Part shown: positions 53,514 to 64,000 of the stretch, piece by piece
Layout of the letters: every line of letters begins with the position of its first letter
How positions within the stretch are numbered: position 1 is the first letter of the stretch
Assembly: GCA_050084985.1 (NCBI GenBank)
Contig: JBITNC010000001.1
Location: 97,960,001 to 98,024,000 of the forward strand
Direction: 5' to 3'
Length of the DNA: 64,000 bases
Origin: Nageia nagi
Lineage: Eukaryota > Plantae > Pinophyta
Notes under the pieces: model-generated
Database searches by the model: none
What the model was told of the DNA's origin: nothing
Seen by the model: the letters and a program-made list of their open reading frames with translations, nothing else
Position numbers and translations under genes: made by a program

Positions 53514-53715
53514 GGTATCTTAGCGAGTGGTGAGGACCTTCCAAGATGATGCATTGGCTTTCTTGCCTCCACGTTGTTCTCCTAACCTCTTTGGTCCTCC
53601 ATGCAAGCCTCTCCAAGCATTGAGGCAAATTTCAAACTCAAAAATCTGCAATTCTGGGCACAAAAGTGGAAGAGCAATGCGATTTGAATTTGGGAAAATG
53701 AGGTCCCCAAGTTGG

Positions 53716-53723
53716 TATTTATA
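53716..53723 (-). promoter_or_regulatory. TATA box upstream of the accessory ORF
   Basis: CTATAAATA on the minus strand, about 200 bp upstream of ATG 53513. Confidence 0.5.
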
Positions 53724-53853
53724 GCTGAAACTGGCTTCCCACGGAGGAAAATGCATCCCAACCATCCAGATGGCCGACCTTAGGATGTGTGTCTTCATGA
53801 ATTTTAGTGCCCAATTGGCCAGGACCAGCCGTGGGGGTTTAGGAGCTCCTTCA

Positions 53854-54830
53854 GGCTTGGCGCATGCCCACAAAAGACAAGATTTTGTCTTTCTAAAGCA
53901 TGCACCAGCCTTGGGGATGAGTGCACTCCCCACGTTGGCCTTCCTTGCTCTTTTGCTCATTCAACTTGACCTTGAAGCCCGTCCTGAGACCTGATCTTGC
54001 CTGGTTCTTGTTCTTTCTAGGGTTCGACTTACTCATTTTGCCCAACAATCCGACCCAAAGGCCCCTCTAAGCCTCGCTCATGGTTTCAAAAGACAAGATT
54101 TTGTCTTTTGAAACGCACTCCAATCTCCCTGGCTCTTCCAGTCTGGCCGCATGATCCAAAAAGTCAGGATTTTGTCTTCCTAAGGCATGCACTAGGTTGT
54201 AGGTGACCAGATTCGCTTTGTTTTGGTCCTCTGCTTCCAGGACTAAGTCAAATTTTCAAATTCATTTCATCCTAATGTCTTCCCAGGCTTGGCGCATGCT
54301 CCCAAAAGTCAAGAATTTGTCTTTTTGAGGATGCACCAGCGCCTTTGGTCATGCTGGAGTGGGATCCAAGCTTTGAGGCTCCATGCCATAGCCAATTTTC
54401 ATGTTTTGACTGAACTGGATGCCTTCCTGGGCTTGGCGCATGCTCCTAAAAGACAAGATTTTGTCTTTTTGAGGCATGCACCAGCCCCTCGGGTGTATGC
54501 ACTTCAATCTTCCAGGTCTCAAGTCCATCTTGGCGGCCTCCTAGCTTTGGCGCATGCTCCCAAAAGACAAGATTTTGTCTTTTTGAGGCATGTGCTAGCC
54601 TTGAAATGCACTAAGTTACTTTTTACGGGCCTTCATTCAGTCTTGGACGTCTCCCTGGGCCTGGCACATGCCCCAGAAAGACAAGATTTTGTCTTCTCAT
54701 GCCATGAGTTGGGTCCGAAAGTGACCCAATTCACTGTTTCAGACTTGATCTTGAAATTGGGCACCATCCTAGCCCGAGCGCACTTGCCAAAAAGACAAAA
54801 TTTTGTCTTTCCTAGGGCATGCGCCAGGCC
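53854..54830. repeat. Array of 8 palindromic ~57-bp repeats with variable spacers
   Basis: Consensus GGCTTGGCGCATGCTCCCAAAAGACAAGATTTTGTCTTTTTGAGGCATGCACCAGCC. Cores near 53872, 54088, 54158, 54303, 54447, 54561, 54676 and 54789. Confidence 0.9.
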
Positions 54831-56849
54831 TAGGCATGGCCCAAATCAGACTTGCTTTGTTTTGACTCAACTCGGGTTTCTCATTTTCACCTAGACTCGA
54901 CTTGAATTCCCATAGCCATTTTTTTAGGGTTTTAGTTCTTCAACATGACACAACCAAGACTAGGCGGATGAATACACTTAGGTGCTGGGATGATAGGCGC
55001 GATTTTGAGTCAGTTGAAGGCAAAAGGAGGCTGTACTGACTAGGTGCCAGACGAGTGTAAGTTGAGAGGGTCCCCAAAATTGCGAAATTTTGAGGCGAGT
55101 TGTGTAGGGCACAACAGGGTCTTCCACTGGGAACAGGCAGAAATGAAGTGAATAAAAGCTGGATCAACATCACGAACGCCGAGAACATTGCATTGCCATT
55201 AAATTAAAATGCTAAGAAGAAGAAATGAAGTGAATAAAAAATGGATTAACATCTTATACGTGTGAACTTTTTGACATATTCATCCTGCATTAGTACTTTG
55301 ATAATGATAAGACTCACAGCTACTGACCACTGTAACTTCATCTCTATCATTGTAAAAAGGACAGGCATAGTGGTAGATCAGAATACATATTCATAAATTC
55401 CGAAAGTGGAGGATCTTTACACACTGCAGCTGTAGGTTCCTGCTTGATGACAAGATCTTATGAAGGTTTTTGTTATATCTTTTCTAAAACCATAGTTATA
55501 TATAGCCTTCACCATGCTCCCAAGACATGGGAATAAGAATGTTTCCTGCAGTATTTGCACACAATACTATAATACAAGAGCATGACAAGCCCTCGGGTAA
55601 GCAGATAACATGATCACCAGCATAACCTACTATGAACAAATTCAAAGTATCATTGTATGTTAATCCATTCCCTTTGAATTTCAGCACACTTATATACCTC
55701 CTCCAGGACTATTGTTGGTTGACTACCAATGTTACTAATAAAGAGATATTAATAATAACATATGTTAACAGACCTACAATAGCATAACAATGGAAGGGCA
55801 GTTAAAAGCTGCTTGTGATTAGATTTAGACCTCAACTAACACAAATATTTTTAAAATAGAGATACAGTGTTTCATACACAAACTACCTGGCACATAGAAT
55901 CTTCACTTGTTGCAATCCATTATAAACATATTCACTGCTCTGCCACTTATTATTGCTTAGGTAGTGATTCTTGATGTTTTGCATTAATCAAGGTGTAGAT
56001 GAATGCATATAGTGGCACACAACATGCATGTACAGAACAGTGCATTTTTCCAAAACAAGGAGTTCACAGGTCGAAAGAGAATGAAATATGCAGAGCACAA
56101 CAATATTTACTAAAACGATAATGACAAATATATTAGAAATTATTAAATTCATATTGTGTTTTTAAAATCAATAAACCAAAAGATGTAATGAGTCAATCAA
56201 AGAAAATGTATTGAGGGAAAAGTACACAGCACAGAGTAAACAAGTCAATATAACAAATTGAAATAACAAATATATTAGACCCAGAAATAATGGCCACCTC
56301 TGGGGATCCACAAAGGGGTACTATGTCCATGGATGCCCTTCCTCTGTGCATTCCTTCAATCTAAAGACAATGGAGGTCCACCTACCACATACTGTTTCAC
56401 CAACCAAATATTGTTGGGCCCTTCATATCTTGATAGGCAATGTACAGCTGATCCTCATCTATTTGAAACTTTGTCAACTAAAATATTTACCACAATTAGC
56501 CTACGGAAACTCCAAAATGAATTTATTTCGAACACTCCCACATAATTCATATTTTCAAGACCTACCTCTCCAGGTATCATGGCTGGCTAGGCACCCATTG
56601 TCATCATAAAAACAACGTTGTTATCATGTCTTGATCAAAGCAGAATTCCTATCAAATACACCATAGTTAAACATATCTCAGGCCTTCTGCATAAAAGCAT
56701 TGGTGGATAATCATATGATTATGAATAATTTGTATTTCTCGATTGCCTTGTCATTGCACGCATGATATCAACAAATTTTCTAATGGCTTACTCATAATCA
56801 AGACTACATCACACATCGAAAGCTCACTCAAGGTTTTTCAAATCAGTTA

Positions 56850-57045
56850 ACCCCCAACCATCTTATCGAGGGTTTTCTCAAGGTTCACCCATAACCAAAT
56901 CACCAAAGGTGTCTCAAACTTCACCCCTAACCAAGTCACTAAGGGTGTTTCAAATTTCACACCTAACAAATTCACTAAGGGTGTTTCAACTCCACACCTC
57001 ACAAACTCACTAAGGGTGTTTCAAACTTCAACCTAATCAATTAGT
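56850..57045 (+). repeat. ~35-bp tandem repeat (5-6 units)
   Basis: TCACTAAGGGTGTTTCAAACTTCACACCTAAC-like units. Confidence 0.8.
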
Positions 57046-60000
57046 CAAATCCTAACCATTTGTTCCCTTTTTACTCAATACAACAAAGACACTTTTTAAG
57101 GACTTTTTGGCATATGACACAATCCATCTTCTTAAATATTGACAATGGACCATCTAGTAACTCAAACTCATGCACCAATCTCACTCTTTAACATTTTCGA
57201 CAAACTCAAAGATGATGACTATAGACCAACACTTGAAATAGCTAAAACATTTTTCACTCTTAGTACTTCACGCAAGTTTGGTCAAAATCTCCTTATCTCT
57301 ATGTACAGTGCAAAACATGTTGACTTTGACAGAAAGCATATTGCCCAGAAACTTTAAAAGGATAAAAGAATTAGTAGTGGGTAGTTTGGAATCCCACCAG
57401 AATGTTTTTACGAGTAGTTTGTAATTCCACCAGAATGTCTCTACCAGCATGGAGTTCACATTTATTCAACAGTGTACTCATGTATATCCTTCTGCGTTAA
57501 CATCCATCACGTGAAGCATCAGCTTCCTTGCTCTCCTTGTGCACCCCTTCTGCAGTATCCAAGGTATAAAACTAATCCTTTAATATTTATTACATGGGTT
57601 CCACAACACCACCACCAGAACTGCAAACAACCTCCCACATCATCTAACCTCCACAAGCACAATATTGAACTCGATTGCAAGGTATTGTGTACCTTACTCA
57701 AGGAACTCCGCCTCGACAATCTGGGGCATGCTATTGACCATATTCACAATCTAGCAGTAGAAGAACCTCAACTCAGTACCCATGAGCTCTCAATAGACAG
57801 TCCTGAATGAAAACTCTATGTTGCATATCTCTCAAGAACAGCTACTCTCGCATAGACATACTCATTGTCTCACTTTTCATATATTGCAAGCTCAGGATCA
57901 GTAATAGTGGGCTATTTCCATATGACATAGTCCTACCCAATCGGATGCTATTGTGTGTATAAACTTCTCATGGAGACATCATCCTCTATGAAGATATATC
58001 TCTTACAATGTTTGCACATGTAGTATTGCACCAACACTTCAAAAACTGTATTCAACTAAACATTGAATAACATCACTCAACAAAAGCCCTTCCTTCAGCA
58101 GCAACTTGATAGTTGTGGTATTGTGCTGCAATTTCTGTAGCAACTATTTTTCAGCTGATCTTTCTACAGCTGAACATTATGCTCGAAATCTCACAGCTTT
58201 TGCATCCTTTCAATGATTAGATTTCATTTCTTTTTGCTGGTCTTGATTTTACCTCTACAGCAACTTCATTCCTAAATCATGACCTTCATTCAGTTTTTTT
58301 ATCAGAGACACAGTTTCAAGTATATTCATGCCATACTCAACTCATGCATAATAGATATGAATTAGATCTGAATGAGCATGCAACTCCATTTCAGCTCCCA
58401 ACTCAGAGAACTACTCAAAAGTCTCTGCAAAAACACTTGCAAATCATAAGAATATAAGTCACAAACCATTCTTTTCAGCCCACAGCTGCAATCAACACAA
58501 AAACATAACAGCAGGAGCCTATGACATTAGACACAACACTCTCACAACTTTCATACTGACTTCAAAGCAGACACACAACTGAAGCTATTGAGATAGCTCA
58601 TTCTCTCTTCTTGCAGCCCAGTTTCCTCTCACTATCGAATAGACATGAACCATTTTAAAGAATTCCAAATTCCTGCTGCCAAGACTTTTATCAGCTCCAA
58701 TACAAAGAAAATATATAAATGCAGAAGTGCACAACACAAGCAAACAACTCAATGCACCAAATAACAATTATACTAAACCCAGAAACAATTACAAGTTACA
58801 ACACACAGCTATGTTGGGGGATCAACAAAAGATACTAGATCCCCGGGATGCCTTTCCTCTTTGAATCCCCTCAATATATAGAATCGTACCTACTATGCAT
58901 GGGTCCATCAAAAGTGTCCCAATTACCAGATATTCGTTCAGCTATCTTGATAGTCAGCTATGCACTGCTGATCCCTATCCACCATTTGACACTCTTTCAA
59001 CTAATACATTCACAACAATTAGGATGCCAAAAATCCAAAAGGGATCACTTTCTAAATGTTCAAACATGCCATATTATATGGTATTAAAAGCTCACAAACT
59101 TTTCAAACACCAACAGCACCTACAACAATTATGCCAAAGTTTATTAGTGATATCATAATGCTAATTCTGAGGTTTACAATTGCCATCCTCGTACATTATG
59201 TTGCAGGGAGAATGTGGACATGGACATCTAAGTGGTGATAATTCAAAAAGAATGATTCTGGACTAAATACAAGGGCCCAACAATCCCCATTGCCCAAGCA
59301 AACAAGTGTTCAAGAACAATTTCTTACTAGTTACTGCGTGTACATAATAATTAAAAAAAACACCAGCAAAAAAGTGTTGTTTTACAATCAGTCTAAGTTG
59401 CAAAGCACCCACATTGCCCATTCAAAAAACGATGTTCAACTTTTTCTAAGTAGTTACAAGTAGATGATAAATCAAACGACAGGTGCAGCCCAAAGTACTA
59501 TAACAGTCATTAGACTTTGTTGTTTCAATTTACATCTAAATTTCAGAGTTCACTTGGAGAATTATAAGTTCCATTTTTATGGTAAATGAGGTGACAAAAG
59601 AAGGTACGTTCTCTCATTTGTGTTGCTTTCAAGTTTTAATTTATCATTTATGGTATTATTTCAAATATTATCTTGACAGTATTACTTGGATGCATTCCCT
59701 AAAGAGGGTCAAACCAGCAAGGCAGTAGGTACATTTTACATCCATAACCAGATAGCCATACAGGCATGCCACAGATAAACGGCCGGTATGTGCAGCCACA
59801 CAATATAGGCATCAACAAAGGCTGAACCATCTAGCAATTGCACTGAATGGAAACAGGACACTTTATTTGCTCAATTCATAGGACTTTAAATTCAAATCAC
59901 ACCCCCAAACTACTAGAATAGAAATTTTTATTTAAAGTTGCTAATGTACACATAAAAATGAGAAAGGACAAACTCCAAACACTACTCGTAAATTAATAAA

Positions 60001-60049
60001 AGATCCTGGCATTTCAGTATCAAGTAACTTAGCATTAGGGAAAGCTCAC

Positions 60050-60419
60050 CAGGGTTAGGAAGAAACTGCTGGCAACCAAAGCAAGTCCTTGGAAGCCTCT
60101 GATTTGGGGCTGTCCTTCCAAGCACTTCTTCAAAAGGTGTAACAGGGAAAAGATGATGATATGACCTTGCTAAGTGTGGAGAAGATACAAGAGTTAGACC
60201 ACAGAAATGGCATTCAGTTGGAAGTTCACATGCACGTCCTTGGCATCTAGGACATGTATAGCCTCCACCTATCTTCACTTCTTTATGACAAGCACAAATA
60301 GATATAACTCCTTCCGCACCCCTCTCAGGGAAACCCATCTTCACCAGGCTGGGAACCGCAAACTCTGCTATTGCTGGTGGTGGAGGTGCATGCTCAAGTA
60401 AAAGATCCTTGAAATGTGA
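60050..60419 (-). CDS. GTF2H2: TFIIH subunit p44 (SSL1), coding exon 3 (C4 zinc finger)
   Basis: AG/GT boundaries. SHFKDLLLEHAPPPPA...KMGFP...YTCPRCQGRACELPTECHFCGLTLVSSPHLARSYHHLFP...CFGCQ. Confidence 0.96.
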
Positions 60420-60504
60420 CTAAACAATAACATAAAAGTCATAAAACTACGCACATTACAAAGAAACTTACTCTCCTAGAATTACTGAATAATCAAAATC
60501 TCAC

Positions 60505-60966
60505 CTCATTTAATGCAACAGAATAGTGTCCTCCTGTTTCCTCACACAGATGTTTACATATATAAATTTCAGCAGACAACCCAACTACTGAGCAGCGTAC
60601 TTTTGCATCCTTGTATTTCCTTATAGTTTCCATGATATCCCCAGGATCACAAGTGCTCAGTGCTGAATACAAGACCAAAACTTCCCGATGACCGTAAGAT
60701 GGAATCTGAGTCAGATACCCATGAGCCACATCCAGAGCATTCTGGAGAGACGGATCACCTGAACACTCGAGTTGAGTCGCCAAAGACTTCAGGTGAGATT
60801 CTGGACTGCCACTAAGATATGTCACACGATGTGCAACACCATTTTTCATAATTATAATGCCTAGATGACTAAGTGGGTTCTGGTCAAAAAACTCTCTCAC
60901 AAAAGCCTCAACACAATTCGCAACCACCGCCATTCGATTCGGTTTGAAATCTTTTTCTCCTGCTGC
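60505..60966 (-). CDS. GTF2H2: TFIIH subunit p44 (SSL1), coding exon 2 (vWA/Ssl1 domain)
   Basis: AG/GT boundaries. AAGEKDFKPNRM...EFFDQNPLSHLG...SLQNAL...HREVL...LSTCDPGDI. Confidence 0.96.
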
Positions 60967-61159
60967 CTATGTGGAACATACACCAGATCACCAGCTTTAG
61001 CATGCAATCTCCTACCTGCGTTCCCAGGGAAATCACTTGACTAATACAGAATATGACTACTTGATCAATGCCAATCTAGATGACATCTATCCCTCTCAAC
61101 ATTCCCAAAAAATGAATTACAAAACCCAAAAAGGGGCATTGAAAAGTGGGTAATATTAC

Positions 61160-61447
61160 CCGAGAGAAGTCCAGGATGATGTAGAGATATCGAATCAATC
61201 CCCGCTGAATATGGGATGCCACCATTGATTGTAAGCGCCTTCTGTAATGGCGCTGTTGTTGCTGCTGCTGCATATCCATGTGGAGAATGCCAGACTCATC
61301 TTCTTCAAGAGTTTCCCATGATCTTTCATCGGCATAGGCCTTCTCCCAAGCCTCTCTTTCTTTTCCACCGGCTGTTGCTTCCTCGTCCACTTCATCATCA
61401 TCTGCTTCTGCAACCCTCAAATGTTTATCATGGGATTTTTCTGTCAT
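61160..61447 (-). CDS. GTF2H2: TFIIH subunit p44 (SSL1), coding exon 1
   Basis: ATG at 61447; AWEKAYADERSWETLEEDESG...IQRGLIRYLYIILDFSR, then a GT donor. The four exons total 1254 nt (417 aa plus stop), in frame. Confidence 0.93.
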
Positions 61448-61989
61448 GCCTTCTTGTTGATGCAAAACCCCTCAGCTAGTTTTGTGGGAACTTCTGTGAG
61501 ACGGGCATTTAGCAGATCAACTTCCCATTGTGGTTTCTTCCATGTTTGGAGTTGAGGGGTTTTAGAAGTCACCCTGCCGGTTGCCCTCCAAGAATATTGT
61601 TTACTCTTAAGCCCCTTTGACGGTTACCTTCTGTTAAAACCAGGATTCTGCGTCATCCTGTATTTATTTGTTCAAACCTAGAATTTGAAACTCTTGAGCT
61701 TTCCTCGAATCAAAGATTTGATCATTCGCTTTCCATTCCATAAGTCAGTGGTAGCATAAGAGTTTGGAATATGAAATTAGATGAGTAAAGTTGCCTTAAA
61801 AAGTTACTTTGATGGGATCACATATATGGAATTTTTTAAATAAGAATTGGTTTGTTGGAACTCAGGTGTTTGTGATTTTTTTAAAGAAAAATATAGGTTA
61901 AAGAATATTAAAAGGTTGCACAACATGTATTCTATTTCGTTCTTTCTGCATACACTCTCACATGGTGAGATGAGCTAGCATCTAAAGTA

Positions 61990-63560
61990 TTCTAGCATTT
62001 AATAGTTGTCAATAGTTAGGAATTAGGTCACTTGGGGATCAAGCTTGTGCATGTGAAGGTGGACGTCAACATTGGTAAGACCTAGATGTATCCTAAGAGG
62101 ATTGCTTCGGTGAGACCCAACTCACTGTATAAGGATCATTCCCCCAATAATTTATAAGCTTGCACAAATGCTCCAAATCCATAGCCACCTTTGCCAACTT
62201 GGATATAAATTTAAAGCCATGCATCATTAACCATTACAACTATGTTAACCATGGAAAAGCTATTTGAAGGTGAATGTTAAGCAAAGATAATACTATTACA
62301 AGTTTTCCAAATATGAAATAAAATGCTAATTTTGAAAGAGTTCCAAACAGCTTCATGTAAGGGGACAATGAAATTAGGCATATCTCCTTGTAAAGCTTGT
62401 TGCCATGTGAATAGGGAAGGCATATTAGGATTAAAAAAATAGAAGTTCTATGCAACCCTGATTTGAGCATAAGTCCAAAATAAATGCATATTATCCTCTA
62501 AGGCTCGATAAAAATGGGTATTGCGGGTTATCTACACCAAGATGTTTAAGTCGATCTCCTACAGGTACACTTGAAATCTTCCCAAGGGATCCACCCATAA
62601 TTAGCACAAGAAAAGAAATCAACTATAGTGATAATGCCCTTTTTGAAAAATCATTATGTATGCACTCATGGTATTTGCACAAGAGGGGAGCCTTGGTGGT
62701 GAATAATAGTAGACCACCACACATTGAGATAATTAATGTAGAGGCCTTTATGGAACCCCTCTCATTTCCATCAAAGCCAAGGCTTGAGTTATTCCCATGC
62801 TCAATATATACTTTTAATCATAAAGGACCTCGGGATTTTAATATAAACTGGAGCTACCAATAGGGATGGAAAGTCCATTCCTTTCCAAGCTCAATGGTTA
62901 AGAGGAATTCTAAAGGATATGCAATGTTAAAGTAATACCTTCCATAAGCCTTAAAGAGCTTGACTAACCCATTTGGTGCATAGTGTCAGTCCCTACCTTT
63001 TGCATTATAATAGGACTATTCCTCTCAAGCTTTCTAAGAGACAAAAAATGTACCACACTATTATGTGAAACCTCTCCTTAAGGGTAGAGTTAGCCCAAAG
63101 AATGTCTCATAAAAGCTTTCCTAACTTATGACAACAGGTTCGAGAAGGGACCCAACATGATGAATAATAGATTGGGTAGTTGCAGAGGACTTTGGAATAG
63201 ATATGAAATTCCATTCACCAAAGAAATCTTCTTAGTAAGCTAGTATTCTAGGCTTTTCTCAATCTTTTGTATAACTAACTCCCAAAGTTGAGAGGAAGAT
63301 CCTTAAAAAGAAAAAATGAATACCTAAAGTTTTGAAAAACCTCTTCAACTTGAATCTATGCAATTGAAATTGGCTAAGCCACTTCAACATCAGTAAGGGG
63401 GACTATTTGTATCATGACATTTTTTTTCCATTACACATTAGAGCTAGAGAACTTACAAAGTATATCCAAGGTCCGAAGAGCATGTATAAGTGAATCCTCC
63501 TCCTCTTGAATGGTCATAAAGGAGTCATCAACAAAATGCCCATTAACCAATTGTCCTTGT
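61990..63560 (-). mobile_element. L1-type LINE ORF2 remnant (RT C-terminal half)
   Basis: QLVNGHFVDDSFMTI (F.DD catalytic motif) near 63530; an FKYLGI-like motif near 63325; GKGGYG-like motif near 62190. Many stops. Confidence 0.7.
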
Positions 63561-64000
63561 TAAAAGAATCTTATTTAAACATAAAAATGTGGAGAAATGA
63601 TCAAGGTTTCATAGAATCAAACAATTCTTGTTCTCCATTATTTTCATTTGATCTTGTGATCAAATTTAATTTGTACCTTTAGCTCATATCAAGCATTCAA
63701 TGTACATATATCTATTGGTTATCTTTTTTTGTTCAAAGGTTATCAATTTTGCCATGACCTCAACAACAATGCAAGAATCTTTGCAACATTTTTAAGATTA
63801 TCATATCAATTTCACACATCCTCAAAGAATTTGAAATAAAGATAGAAGATTCTTAAGATTTTACGTAAATTACATAGTGCTCTCAAAAGTTGGATCTAGT
63901 CAAAAAGTAGGAGTTAGAGAAGAGAAGTTCGGGATCACATCAAGGAGCTTGATCTACATATAAAATTTGATGGACCTTAGTAAGCCATGTAGAACACTAA

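Larger units (their letters stand above)
49054..55116 (-). mobile_element. 6.06-kb solo-LTR-like element (Gypsy Tat/Ogre-like by inference) containing an ORF and a repeat array
   Basis: TGTTG...CAACA termini with near-TSD TGGTC/GGGTC. No gag/pol, PBS or PPT seen inside. Confidence 0.7.

Noticed and set aside
53854-54830. CRISPR array
   Set aside because: It has a repeat-spacer look, but the context is a eukaryotic intron and LTR, there are no cas genes, the repeats are long and degenerate, and spacing is irregular (70-215 bp).
54289-54894. 201-aa ORF (also 53520-53960 and 53770-53994) as genes
   Set aside because: These are translations of the DNA repeat array (recurring AHAPKRQDFVF) with no recognisable domain.
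55139-55255. Short direct repeat GAAATGAAGTGAATAAAA as the end of the intronic element
   Set aside because: The element terminus and near-TSD are at 55116-55121; this is a small local duplication.
61448-61465. ORF-track start of GTF2H2 at 61465
   Set aside because: That codon is TTG; the first in-frame ATG is at 61447.

Overview
AT-rich, CpG-depleted plant nuclear DNA. The long intron, nested retroelements and TE families suggest a gymnosperm or conifer, but that is an inference. There is one intact host gene, on the minus strand: GTF2H2 (TFIIH p44/SSL1), 4 coding exons, 417 aa. Its last exon (44988-45121) lies beyond a 14.9-kb intron. Bases 1-43 kb are a nest of decayed transposons. An RTE-like LINE is split by a 38-kb LTR element (3096-41459, TSD CTAAG). 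That element contains a tRNA-type SINE, an Athila-like Gypsy, and a non-autonomous LTR element whose interior is inverted so that both ends are palindromes (8506-27084, TSD GTAAG). The inverted element in turn holds a TIR element and a partly duplicated Copia. The most unusual object is in the GTF2H2 intron: a 6.06-kb TGTTG...CAACA solo-LTR-like unit. It carries a decayed ~1,100-codon ORF, a TATA box, and an upstream array of 8 palindromic ~57-bp repeats with variable spacers. An L1-type LINE fragment lies upstream of the gene. All alignments and translations were done by eye; no database searches were run.
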